Positions 42,211 through 54,053 are shown, counted from the whole stretch's first letter. The stretch is 56,075 nucleotides of DNA, filler included, from Rhizaria sp. SCN 62-66 (GCA_001724265.1; 4 parts of 4 records of this genome joined end to end with filler, not necessarily neighbours in it), one strand, 5' to 3'. Notes: generated by a model not told the origin, from the letters alone. Numbers and translations: made by a program.

Positions 42211-45200
42211 ATGGACCCCGGTAGTGCCCCCCAAGGCCGCTCTCCACCGCGCTCCCCGACGGCGGGCCGTCTGCGCATTGTGCCCGCGACCCGCAAAGCG
42301 CGCCAGCCCGCCGCGGCGACCGGCGCCGGCGGGCACCACAACGGCGACAGTAGTGGCAGCAGCGACGACGACGTCGGCAACGCCGACGACGCCAAGGCCG
42401 GCAAGGGCGCCAAGATGGGCGACAACTCCTTCGCGGCCTTTGTCAGCGCCACCTCGCCCACCGGCGCTGACACCCACAGCCACGGCCACGGCAGCGGCGG
42501 CAACGGCGGCCACAGCCCCAGCAGCGCGGGCGGCAAGCAGTTCAACGTGCGCCTATGGCCCTCGCGGCCCACGGCGTCAGCCACGGCGGACTCGGCGCTG
42601 GGGGGCGACGAGGCCAGTAGCACGGTGTCGGGCACCAGCTCCGCCTCCGGCACGAGCGCCAGCTCGGCTCGCGGCAAGCGCGCGCTCTCGCACCTGGACG
42701 CCGTGTGCCGCGTGCAGTCGCTTGTCCGCGGCAAGCTCGCGCGCCTCGCCGCGCAGAAGCAGCGCCTGCTAGTCGCCTGGCACGAGCTCGACCGCAAGGA
42801 GGAGGCGGAGCTCCAGGTACGGCCAAGAATCTTAAACTTCGATATCCACTTTGTGTCGAATGAGCAACAAGAACCGCCGAGTCATAATTATATCTTTACG
42901 ACCTCAATTATTTTTAAACTCGATGTCTATCGATACGAATAAGTTATTTCGATATAATCACGGTGTATTTGTCTATATTCTTTTTGATTAAAATTATATC
43001 TGCCTATATCTTACCCGAAATCCGACATGTATGTTTCCGATTGTCTTCATCGCTCGCTCAGGAGGGCCACCGCGAGTATTCCTTGCTCAAGACACAGATG
43101 GGCCTGGCGCAGGTCGACGCGGCGCGCGCCGAGGCCGAGGCCGAGGCCAACGCCGTCCTTAACACCCCCGCCGCCTCCGCTTCTGCCTCGTCGTCGTCGT
43201 CGTCGTCCTCGGCGCTGACGGCGGCTGCGCAGGCCGCGCGGCTGGCGGTGGGCGACACGCTCTCCGACGCCAAACGCCGTCTGCGGCGCCAGCAGCACGA
43301 CGGCGACGACGACGAGGAGGACGACTACGACGCCGGCGACGACGCGGACGACGACGCCGAGGACGAGGAGGCGGAGGACGAGGAACGCCGGCAGCGCCGC
43401 CTGGACCGACTCGGCGCCGGCGGCTCCGTCCGCAGCGCGATCGAGGACGCCAACGCGCGCATCGCCGCTGCCGCGGCCACGCTCTCGCTCTCGGCCACCA
43501 CGACGGCCCCCGGCGCCGCGGGCTCTAGTGGCAGCGCGCTGCTGGTGCCCACCGCACCCGCTCCGTCGCTGTCGGGGCTGATCGTGCCGACCACGCTCAC
43601 GCCCGCCGCCTCGGTGCTCTCGTACGCGCCCGGCGCGGGCTTCCACGCCGGCGCCGCGCAGCAGCAGCATCAGGCGGGCGCGGCGCCCGCCTCGACGCTG
43701 TCGGTCGTCGCGGCAGCCGAGCGCTCCGGGATGGCGGCCGCGACGCTGCTGGCCGAGGAGGGCCTGGTGGCCGCCGAGACCAGCGCCGAGTACGCCGACC
43801 GTGTTAAGGCGCGCCTCATGCAGCTACGCCTGCTGCGCGAGTTCCGCTCCATCGCCTCGCCCACGGCCGCGCGCTCCGGCGCCGAGGGCCGCGGCCGCGC
43901 GCAGGACAACAGCGGCGGCGCTAGAGCGGGGACGACGGCGGCGCGGCGCGCGAGTCTGCACGACGAGAGCGACGATAGCGGCGACGACGACGATGAGGTG
44001 AGCAAGAGCTACCGCGCAGCATCCGTGGCCTCTGGCATGTCGCTCGCGTCGGCCGCCTTCGACGACAAGGCCTCGACCGCTGCGGGGCTTTCTCTCGAGG
44101 ACATCTTCAGCCAGGTACGATAAAATCGCAACAAATATGTCATATATTAGCACTTTCTCACAAAACGAATCGTTAAATGATTCCTTTCTTTTTAAAAAAT
44201 TTACATTTTAATCTCTAATCGATGACTTTTGGCTTGTCTCCCTGTGCAGGACTTCTGGGCCGCGTCCGCGCAAGTCGACCAGACGGACCGATTCCGCCAG
44301 TTCGCCGCCACGGCGGCGCCGCGCCTCGCTGAGCTGCGCCGCACAGCCGGCAGCGCCCCGCGCTCGCGCCGCGGCTCCGCGCTCGGCAACACCAACAACA
44401 ATATCAGCGGCAACAACAACAGCAGCGGCAGTACGGTCGCGGGCAGCGCGAGCGGCAACGGCGGGCTGGGCGGCGGCATGCAGCGCGCCGAGGTGCGCGC
44501 GCTGAGCCGCGCGCGGCCCATTGACGCGGCCTGGGTGGCCAAGCTCACTGACGAGCTGGCCGCGGGGCGCGCGCTATCGCTGCGCGCGGCAGAGCGGCTC
44601 GTGCTTCTGGTCTTCCCTCTGCTCGCGCGCGCTCCCAACGTGCAGGAGTGCACGGTGGCGCGCAACGGCAAGGTCACCGTGGTGGGTGACCTGCACGGAC
44701 AGCTGGCAGACCTGCTCTCAGTCTTTCGCCTCAACGGCGTGCCCTCGCCGCAGAATCAGTACATCTTTAACGGCGACTGGGTCGACCGCGGCGCCCACTC
44801 GTGCGAGTGCCTGCTGCTGCTGCTCGCCTGGAAGGTGCTGTTGCCCGGCTCCGTGTTCCTGAACCGCGGCAACCACGAGGCGGCCGACATCAACTCGCGC
44901 GACGGGTTCGAGACCGAGGTGCTGCTCAAGTACGGCCCCGACCTTTTCGCGCTCTTCTCCGAGCTCTTCGCGTGCGCGCCGCTGGCTACGGTCATCCGCG
45001 CCTCAGACGCCGCGCAGGAGGCGCTGCGGGCCAGCCAGCAGGTCCTGCCCTCGGTGCTCGTCCTCCACGGCGGGCTCCCGGCCTCCGCGCCGCGACTCTC
45101 GCTGGCCGACCTCAACGCCGTGGACCGCTTCCACACGATCCCGCCGCCCAACTCGCTGCTGTGCGACCTGCTCTGGTCCGACCCCGGCCGCCGCCGCGGC

Positions 45201-46571
45201 TCGCGGCCCAACCCGCGCGGCGCGGGCGTTGAGTTCGGCCCCGACGTCACCGCGGGCTTCCTCGCGCGCAACAACCTCTGCATGCTCGTCCGCTCGCACG
45301 AGTGCGTCGACAACGGCTGGTCGCTCATGCACGAGAACCGCTGCGTAACGGTCTTCTCCGCGAGTAACTACTGCGGTGTGACCGGCAACCAGGGCGCCTA
45401 CGCGCTCTTCGAGGGTAACCTCCGGCCCACGTTCGTGACGTACTTCGCGCAGCACGAGGTCTTCGCGGCGCGCTCGTCGACGCGGTACCGGCTGCTGGAA
45501 CAGGACGTGGTGCGCAAGCTCATGGACCGCATCGCGATGAACCGGCTCGACTTGGTTGAGCACTACGCGGCCGCCGCACGCCACAACCGCGCGACGCTGC
45601 CCGACTGGCCGTGCTCGGACGAGGTCGTCACGCGCGCGCAGTGGGCCGCCGGGCTGGCCGAGGTGCTGGGACTCGATGTCCCCTTCCTGCTCTTCCAGGA
45701 GCAGCTGGGGCTGCCCGAGCGCGGCGTGCTTGGCGACGAGAAGGGCGCCATCAACTTCATGACCTTCCTCGCGCCCTTCCAGCCCTCGCACCAGGCGCTC
45801 AAGTCGCTCAACCTCACCAGCACCAGCAACGCCCGCGCCGCGGGCCGCCAGGGCGGCAGCGACTGCGGCAGCGCCAGCGGCAGCTTCGCGGCCGCGTCGG
45901 TGATGACGGGCGTCTCGCTGAGCGACCCGGCGGCGCTGGAGGCGGCGCGACAGGAGGGCTCTGCGGAGCGCACGGCGCTGCAGCACCTTTCGACGCTGTT
46001 GTTTGCGCACAAGTACGAGCTGCAGTCGGTGTTCCGCTTCTTCGACCACAACGGCGACGACTCGGTCTCGCTGGACGAGTTTGCCGGTGGGCTGCTCGCG
46101 CTCGTGCGCCTCTTCCGCGCCCGCGCGCGCCTCGAGGCGCAGCAGCAGGAGCAGGAGGACGCTGCCGCAGCCGCCGCAGCCGCGTCGAGCGAACAGGAGC
46201 AAAAGAGCCGTGCGGCGGAGCGCAACAGCGCGGCGCTGACGCGTGCGGGAGTGTCGCTCGTGCCGCCCACCTTCTCGGCCGTGGCGTCGATGCCGGACCG
46301 CCCCACGCGGCGCTCGGCGCTGTCGGCGGCGCAGAAGAGCGTGCTGGGCCGCGCGTGGACGCTGCGCATGATGCGCCGCGTCGCGCGGCTCGTCGACCTC
46401 AACGGCGACGGCGAGATCCAGTACTCAGAGTTTTTTGCCCACTTCGACTACAGCGCGTCGGGCGCGTCGACGCTGCTGCAGGACCGCAGTGCGGACCCGC
46501 TCGCGGCCAAGTACCGCGCCACTTCCCCCTCAGCGCCGCAGATCACTTCCGTTGTCACGCGCGACCCGTAA
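42211..46571 (+). CDS. PPEF: Ser/Thr protein phosphatase with EF-hands (PPEF/RdgC family), ~1,326 aa; exons 42211-42816, 43062-44114, 44250-46571
   Basis: IQ-like motif VQSLVRGKLARL. PPP motifs GDLHGQ, GDWVDRG, RGNHE, LHGG, DLLWSDP, RSHE, TVFSASNY. EF-hand loops DHNGDDSVSLDE and DLNGDGEIQYSE. Two phase-0 GTACG introns; ends TAA. Confidence 0.92.
42817..43061 (+). other. Spliceosomal intron, 245 nt, GTACGG...CAG, phase 0
   Basis: AT-rich; joins EEAELQ to EGHREYS in frame. Confidence 0.85.
44115..44249 (+). other. Spliceosomal intron, 135 nt, GTACGA...CAG, phase 0
   Basis: AT-rich, CTAAT branch-like motif at 44215-44219; joins DIFSQ to DFWAAS. Confidence 0.9.
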
Positions 46572-47374
46572 CATGCAAAACGAAAAGTGTAGCATGTCTG
46601 AAGTGTGAAGGAGGTTAATTTGAATGAGGTTCAATTTCGTTTATGTGTTGCTTGAATTTGATGTTTGTTCGTTGTTTTTGTTGTGTTTTTTTCTTGTTTC
46701 TCTGGTTTTTTTATTCTGTACTATTACTATTCGCATTGTAACTTGCGGCGAGTCAACAATCATCATACTAGTGTGTGCATGTTTGTTGCTGCTCGTTGAT
46801 TTTGTTATTTTCCAATCACCCTGTTGCGCAGCCTCGTGGTTTTAGTCTATACGCATTCATATTGTAGTTCTCAAGTTACGGAGTTATGGTTTTTAGACTC
46901 GGAGCTCTGCGTCGCGTGTCTTCGTACGCTTTTGCATTTCTTCAGTCTTTGACTTTTAATTAAACTTCAAATAGTATGTTATGCACATACCTAACCATCT
47001 GTCATATGTCGCCGCTTGTTATGCCATGTGTAATTGTATTATAATGGCATGGCACTCTTACTTAACCAACTAGATGAATAAGAAGTTACGTGACTTCAGT
47101 GTAAGCTTTTATGAATACTGAAGATTGTACAGTGCGAGCGACAAAGAACGGACCCACAATACGCTTGATACTAAGTGATTTGGAAAAGCGACAACCATAA
47201 AAAACAAGCGCACAAGGCTCTTGGGATTTAAAACCCTTACATCAATAAAAATCTATAAATCGTCAAAAAATAATATATTGCTGTACTCAAATCCTAGGAT
47301 GCGGAATCCGGACTCAACATGCGGTATCATGAGATGGCCCGTGCAAATAAAATGTAATTTAGTTCATTTAGTCC

Positions 47375-47410
47375 GTCAATCTCTCCACAACATGTAGTGG
47401 AGAGATTGAC
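47375..47410. repeat. 36-bp near-perfect palindrome
   Basis: GTCAATCTCTCCAC-A-ACATGT-A-GTGGAGAGATTGAC: perfect 14-bp arms plus a palindromic core with one A/A mismatch. Confidence 0.9.
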
Positions 47411-48511
47411 TATGTTTTTGCAACATGCGAATGCAGATGCAGGAGTGATTAATGAAACGCGTTCCGCACGCGAAGAGAGATAAAGCGTTAGAAAATAGAC
47501 TGAAAACATCAATTCATGAGCGTTTTCTCGCATTCATTGTGTACCATTGAACTTCTGAGCGACTTCGACTCAGATATGACTCAGATATCCCTAAATATAC
47601 CCAGCATTTCAAGTAAAGAGTGATCCAGACATCATAAAGTTCAAAATAAGCATATTTACACAAATATATAAATATGTTCAGCTATAGAATATATAAATAT
47701 ATTTTTCAACCAGGTTATATATTAAAATATTTTGATCTGAATATGTTTATTATTTATTATACGATTTTAAATATAAAAGATGATCAAACAATGAAATTTG
47801 ATATTGTAAGCTCATTTAATTGTCATTATTTTTATGGCATAACATAGATATTTTCATTAAATGTAAAACAATTTGAACGAAAACTCCTGAGATGCATAAT
47901 TTTGAATTATTTTTTTTTTAAATTTACATAATAACATTATAAATTTATTTAACTAACACCACGCTGATTATTTTTACATAGAATAAAAATATTTTAAATA
48001 TTAAGTATGCTTTTTAATACAATGTGTACTTGTTTATATAATGTAAATAATTTGATGTTTTTTTTAAAATTGAAGAGACCTTCTTTCAACTAGATTTTGG
48101 GACAGTTAGCTGAGAAAACCCAACATTGTTGTACTATCTGTTGTAACTATCTGCATGTAATGTACACGTACATAGTGCTGTGCTTCTCTTTTGTTTCGTT
48201 TTAATGGTATATGGATCATTTGGAAGGTTTCAGTTTTCGAAATTCGAAAAATAAAGCGGAACAGCACCCTTCTGCTTTAGCACATGTAACAAGGCGCACA
48301 TTTCAGCGATTACGGTGCTCACTGGTACTCGCTAGTTGTGAGAAGCGAACAATAATTAACACAGAAGAAGGCAACTCAAAAGACAGAGTTGACAGACTTG
48401 CCTTCCTCCAACTCTGTCTTTTTGTAACTGGATTCAGTAAAACTAAAACTGGATTCAAATTTGTGAAAGGCGTCTAGATTGTGTATTTTTGCGTGTCAGG
48501 GGGCGTTTCGC

Positions 48512-49016
48512 TTACTCCTGGACGGGGAAGGAGAACTCAACCGCGGAGCGGGTGAGGCGGTTGTAGACGGCGGCAAAGGACTTGAGCTTGTCCTCAGTCT
48601 CCTTGGCATCCTTCTTGTCGACGAAGACCTTAAGGAGCTTGGACTGGTCCGCACGCACGCGGGTGCGCTTGCCGACGATGGAGGAAGGGAAGACGATGTC
48701 ATCGAGGATGGCAGCATGCACGGCGGTGAGGGTGCGCGACTGGGGGCGAGCAATGCCCTTGTACTGAGCCATCTGTGATGATGTAGAGATGATAGAGCAA
48801 GAGCAAAGCAAGTGGGAGTGCGCACAGATGAGAAGGTGAGCGTGAGAAGTGAATAGCAAGGCAAGACAACGGCGTATGTGGATGCAGCGGAGGTGTGGAC
48901 GAAAAAAAAAGATGTGAAGAAACGTACCTCGTTGGTGAGGATGGTGCGCTGGGCAATGAAGACGAAGTGGGTGTTGGCGAACTTCTTCTCGAGCTCGCGG
49001 GAGAGGCGGGGCTGGA
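48512..49016 (-). CDS. RPS7: 40S ribosomal protein S7 (eS7), 5' truncated; exons 49016-48928 and 48772-48512
   Basis: QPRLSRELEKKFANTHFVFIAQRTIL | ...RPQSRTLTAVHAAILDDIVFPSSIVGKRTRVRADQSKLLKVFVD...FAAVYNRLT...VEFSFP matches the eS7 signature; ends TAA. Confidence 0.96.
48773..48927 (-). other. Spliceosomal intron, 155 nt, GTACGT...CAG, phase 0
   Basis: Minus strand GAG|GTACGTTTC...CATCACAG|ATG; boundaries constrained by eS7 homology. Confidence 0.92.
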
Positions 49017-49116
49017 NNNNNNNNNNNNNNNNNNNNNNNNNNNNNNNNNNNNNNNNNNNNTTAATTAATTAANNNNNNNNNNNNNNNNNNNNNNNNNNNN
49101 NNNNNNNNNNNNNNNN
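49017..49116. other. Artificial contig linker (N-TTAATTAATTAA-N)
   Basis: 100-bp N spacer, motif at 49061-49072. Confidence 0.98.
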
Positions 49117-52100
49117 GCGGTGGCGGCGAGCAGCGGCGCGTGCGTGCGCGCGAAGGCGGCGCGCGCGGCGGCGACGAACGCGCGCGCGGGCCGGCACTGC
49201 GAGTGCGCGGAGCGCGACGCGGGGCGCGGCAGCGGCACGGCGGCGCAGGGCAGCTCGATGAGCCCGTCGCGCGCCCACACGCCCGCCGCGCCGTCGTCGC
49301 CGTCGTCGCCGCCGTCGGCGGTCACGGCGCAGTCGACGCCGTCCGTAGTGCCGAGCGCGCGGAGCCAGGCCGGCGTGTTGGCAACGCGCGCGGCGAGCGC
49401 GTCGGGGCACGCGAGCGTGGCCGCGGCGCGGTGCGCGGCGCCCTCGCGGCGGCACAGCACGAGAGACAGCGCGGCGGGCCGCGGGCCGGGGTGCGCGACG
49501 TCGACGGCGAGCAGCGAGCCCGCGCCCAGCGGCAGCTCCACGGCGCAACCCAGCCCCGCCGCGCTGCCGCCGCGCACTGGCACCAGCGCTGGCGCGGCCG
49601 CGGGGCCCACCACGGCGGCCGCAGCCGCGAACGCCAGCGCAGCGGCCGCGGCGGCCTCAGCCTGAGCGTCGCCAGCGGATGAGCCGGAGGTTGAGGCAGA
49701 AGTGAAGGCGGTCTGCAGCGCGCGCAGCGGCGCGGGCAGCGCGGGCGCGGCGGCAAGCGGCGGCAGCGGCAGCGGGGTTACTGTGCGCACATCGGGCTTG
49801 ACATACGCGAGCACCGCGGCGGCGCCCGCGGGGGCGAAGGTCGCGCCGCCGTCGAGCGAGACCTCAACCAGAACGTCGCGGCGGCCGAAGGTCTCGCCGC
49901 GCGCGGGCGCCGCGCGCTGCGGCCGCGGACCGCGCAGCAGGCGGCGCGCGACGCGCAGGTAGCTCTGCGGCGTGACACACGCGGCGGTCTCGCGCGCGCG
50001 CCTGTGGCGCACGGCGACATGTTCGTCGCCGGGACACCACGCCACGTCGTCGTCGTTGTCGTCGTTGTCGTCCGAGGCGTCTTCGCCGTCGTCACCGCCG
50101 TTGTACCCGGCCGCGTATACGCCGTCGAACACACCGGCTGCCACGGCCGACAGCGGCGGCGCCACGAAGGTCACGTTCACGGAGACCGCGGCGGCGGCCG
50201 CAGTCGCGGACGCGGCGGCCTGCGCAGGGAGCCAGCAGGCCGCGGCCTCGGCAGCGGCAGCCTGCGCCTCGGCCGCGGCGGCGCGCGCCAGCGCGGTGGC
50301 AGCGTGGAAGGCGGGCGTGGCGGCCTCGGCGGTGGCCGCGGCGGCTGCGGCTGCGGCACTGGTGCCGGCTTCGGGGTCGTTGTCGCTGTCGCGGAAGTCG
50401 ACCAGGAGCCCGGCCGAGGCGGCGGCGCGCGCGGCAGCGACCACGGAGGCGGCCGACAGCGCGGCGGCCGCGGTGGCGCCGTCGCTCAGGGCCGCGGCGG
50501 CCAGTGCGGCGGCACGCGCGGCGGCCGCGGCCTCGGCGGCGGCGCCGGTGATGAACTGCGGGCGGAAGGCAAGCAGGTGGCCCGACTCGGCATCGCGCAG
50601 GCGCACCAGAGGCGCCGCCGCTGCAGTCGCAGTGAAGGGCGCGCCACTGCTGCTGCTGGTACTACTATTGGTGACGCCGGAGACAGTAACAGCGGTGCCA
50701 CCGCGCCATAGTACGACGGCGGGGGACACCACGGGGCCCTGCACGCAGGCGGCGCCAGCGCGGGCGCTGGAGCTCGAGCCCGCAGCGTTTGCGGCGTTCG
50801 CGGGGGCCGGCAGCGCGGGCGGGCGCGGGCGCGCGGCGTCTGAGGGCAGCCGCGCTGAAGAAGTAAAGCGTAGCGCACGCAGCGAGGCGCTGCCCAGCGC
50901 ACCACCGTTGCCGTTGCCGTTGCCGTTGCTGGAGGGGCCTGCGGGGGGCTGCGGCGACAGCGGCGCCACGGCAGTGCTGTCGCAGCCGTTGCTCTCACCA
51001 CCAGCGTCGCCCGCGGCGGGGTCCGCAGGCGTGAAGAGCGGCAGCAGCACGGGCCGCGAGTAGGACCGGCCGCCGTCGACGCTGACGGCCACGCTGACGG
51101 CCGTGGCCGCGGCGGCGCCGGCGGCGTTAAGCGCGGGGACCTGGGGCACGACGATGGCGTCGTGGGCCGGCAGCACGAGCGCGGGCGCCATCACTGCCGC
51201 CGCCACGGCGTTGCCCGCCGCGTCCACGAGCCGCAGTGCAACCTGCGCCGGCCGCGCCGCGTGCGCCGCGGCCGCCGCAGTGCCGGAGTGCGCTGCGGCA
51301 AACGCTCCGTCGGAGAGGAGCGCGGCGGCGGCGTTGCCGTGGAGGCCGGCGCCGGCGAGCCAGAGAGCGCCGCCGCCGCGCGCGTTGAGGCGCCGGGTCA
51401 GCGGCAGCCCCGTCTTCGTGGTCGCAGCGCTGCCACTGCTATTGCTACTGCTATTGCAGTCGGCGAGCAGCGGCGGGAAGAGCTGCGTGGGCGCGAGCAG
51501 GAGCGTGTGGCGCGGGCCAAGCGCGACCACAGCGCAAGCCACGGGGCGCGCCTCGGGCGCCGAGTCAACGCCCACCAGCGTCGGCTTCCATACGCTCGTG
51601 CTGACGGTTGCCGCCGCCCCTGCAGCGCCTGTCTTGGCACTGTCGCCGACGGCGCTGCGGCCGGTGCCATCGGCGCGGAGCACGGCTTCCTCGGCGCGCG
51701 CGCGCAGCAGCAGCTCCGAGTTGACGCCCAGCTTGTCGGCCGTGTTGTCGCCCCAGACCCATACGCGGCCCAGCGCATCGACGGCCGCCGACGCGTGGCC
51801 GGCCGCGAACACGGCCGCAGCGCCCGCGGGCACGCTCGCGCAGGAGTTGCCAAGACTAGAGCCCGCGCCAGAGCTAGAGCTAGAACAGGTCACTGTGGCG
51901 CCAGAGGGCAGGCCGAAGGAGGCGGCGGTCAGCCCGGGGGTGGGACAGCCGCGCGCGGGCGCCGCGGGCACTGCGGGCAGTGCGGGCGCCGGCGCAGCGA
52001 GGTGCACCGGCGTCAACGCGGCGACGTAGCCGCCCGCGAGCGAGGCCGCCAGACCCAGCTGCCCGTGGGTGTTGAGCCCCATCGCGGCCACCGTGCGCGT

Positions 52101-53672
52101 CTCGTCGACGTTGCTGGTGCTGCTCGCCGGGGTGGCGAGGACGGCAAGCAGGTGCATCTCGCCCAGCGCAACAGACACCACGCGGGGGCGGCCGGCGTTC
52201 GCGGCGACGGCGGCGGCGGTCGCACGCGTGGCAGCAGCAGTGAGAGCCCCCGAGCCCGAGCCCGAGCCCGCGGTCGCAGAGAGCGTGTTGCTGGCGGCGT
52301 CGTCGTAGCCCGCGAGGGGTATCTGGGTGGGGGCCGTGCGCAGCCCCTTCCAGGGCCCTGAGCCCCAGGCGTAGAGCGTGCCGTCGTCGGTCACGGCGGC
52401 CGAGCACGAGCCCGCGGCGCAGATGCGGCGCACGACGACCGTGAGCGCGCCCGCCGACGCCGTGACCGAGGCAGGCACGGGCGCGCCTGCCACGGTCAGC
52501 GCGCGCACACCCGCGGCCGCGGCAGCGCTGCAGCCGGGGAAGCGGACAGGCACGGGCGTCGGTGAGGGCGGCGTCGACACGAACGCGCTGGGCGCCGCCG
52601 CGGGAGTCGCTTCGCCCCCGGCGGACGCGACGGTCGCTGCAGTGGAGGCACTGTTCGCAGCGTTGTTGTTGTTGTTGTTGTTGTGGATGAGGCCGAGCTG
52701 GCCGGCGGCGCCGTCGCCCCAGGCGAAGACGTCACCGCGCGCTGTGAGCGCGAGCGCGTGGCGCGCGCCCGCGGCGACGGCGACGATGCGCACGCGCGCG
52801 GGCGGCGCGAGCAGCGCGCGGTCGCTAAGCGGCGCCGGCGGCAATGGGTGCAACTTCGAGACGATCGTGGGCACGTACGTGTCGCGCGTGTGGCCCAGGC
52901 CGAGCTGCCCGAAGTCGTTGGCGCCGAACGCAAAGACGAAGCCGTGGCGCGTGAGGGCGAGGAAGTGCCCGTCGCCGACCGCGACATCGACCACATAGTC
53001 GGCACCCGCAGGGGTGTTGCCGCCACCATTAGTCGAATCAGCAGAGTTCTTGCTCTCGTCACAGTTGTTGCTGCTGCTGCGGCTGCCAGCGGCGTCAAGC
53101 CACGCCTCAGCCTCGGGGTCGTGCTCGAAGACTTTGCTGTTCACGTTCCTCGTGGCGGCGGCCTCGCACTTGGCCTTGGCCTCGAGTGTGCGCGTCACCC
53201 AGTGCGCCTTGACGGCCACGGGCAGCTGCGCCAGTGCTTCATCGACAAGCGCGTCCGTCGCGGCGTCGCTCGCGGCCGCGCCGGGCCCCGCGGCGGCGAA
53301 GGCCAGCGCGTCGGCCTCGGCGGGCGCGGCGGCGGCGGAGCGCAGGCGCAGCAGGCGGGAGCCGGTGAGCAACACGAAGTCGGGCCCGCAGAGTTTGATC
53401 ACCTCGGCGGGAGTGAAGCCGGCGCGCGAGCCCGCGGCGGCGGCTAAGGCGCACGCGTCGGGCGCCGCGAGTGGGAGCCGGCGCGTGAGGACGCCGCGCG
53501 CGGCCGTGGCGGGCGCGGCGCCCGTGAGCGGGTCCGCGCGGGCGGCCGCAGTCTTGGCCAGCGAGGACGCGCGCAGAGAGCGTGGCTGCATCGCAGAGGG
53601 ATGGAACGGGCGCGGGGCGCGGCGATAGTCGACGCCGTAGCGCCCAAAAACGTACAGCTCACCGGAACTCAT
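49117..53672 (-). CDS. RCC1-like beta-propeller protein with downstream IPT/TIG-like domains (>1,500 aa, 3' truncated)
   Basis: RCC1 blades VVDVAVGDGHFLALTRHGFVFAFGANDFGQLGLG, IVAVAAGARHALALTARGDVFAWGDGAAGQLG, SAAVTDDGTLYAWG, VAAMGLNTHGQLG, AAVDALGRVWVWGDN, and N-terminal half-blade SGELYVFG. IPT-like RGGGALWLAG...VSVSVDGGRSY-type and RGGTAVTVSG...VEVSLDGGATF motifs. Confidence 0.88.
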
Positions 53673-53920
53673 CGGGGAGCGGCGCTACCGGGGGCGACTG
53701 GGCGGGACGAGCGCGATTGGTACTGTGTGTTGAAGAGAAAGGTGCAGAAGGAAGAGCTTTTCAAGCGAAAATGCAACCTACAGGAAAGTTCCAGAAAAGA
53801 TTATTAAAGAATAACACAGGTAACGTGGTGTGAGTGAGTGGGAGTGCTACATGGAATTGATTGAGCCCGCGGTGGCACTGAGTATGAGTATCGAGCGTTT
53901 GTCGGTTACTGCTCGTTGAG

Positions 53921-54053
53921 AATAGTGTACAGAGACATGCCCTTCCAGGACACTACGTAGCTTTTCGACCACTGTCTCGATTCTCTTGTCGTCGAATCGA
54001 GGAACCACTGGAAAAACCACATGGCTTCCTGGAAGGGCACTCTGTACACTATT
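53921..54053. mobile_element. MITE-like / fold-back element with ~27-30-bp terminal inverted repeats
   Basis: Left AATAGTGTACAGAG(ACA)TGCCCTTCCAGGA (53921-53950) is the reverse complement of TCCTGGAAGGGCACTCTGTACACTATT (54027-54053) apart from a 3-nt bulge. Internal CTCGATTC/GAATCGAG stem. The inverted repeat is certain; mobility is inference. Confidence 0.5.

Noticed and set aside
18154-53662. Hundreds of overlapping or antisense ORFs in the track (e.g. 20385-21812 -, 45003-46202 -, 51162-52361 +)
   Set aside because: Shadow ORFs of GC-rich, stop-poor coding DNA. They are Arg/Ala/Pro-rich with no motifs, and the real frame is identified by domain signatures.
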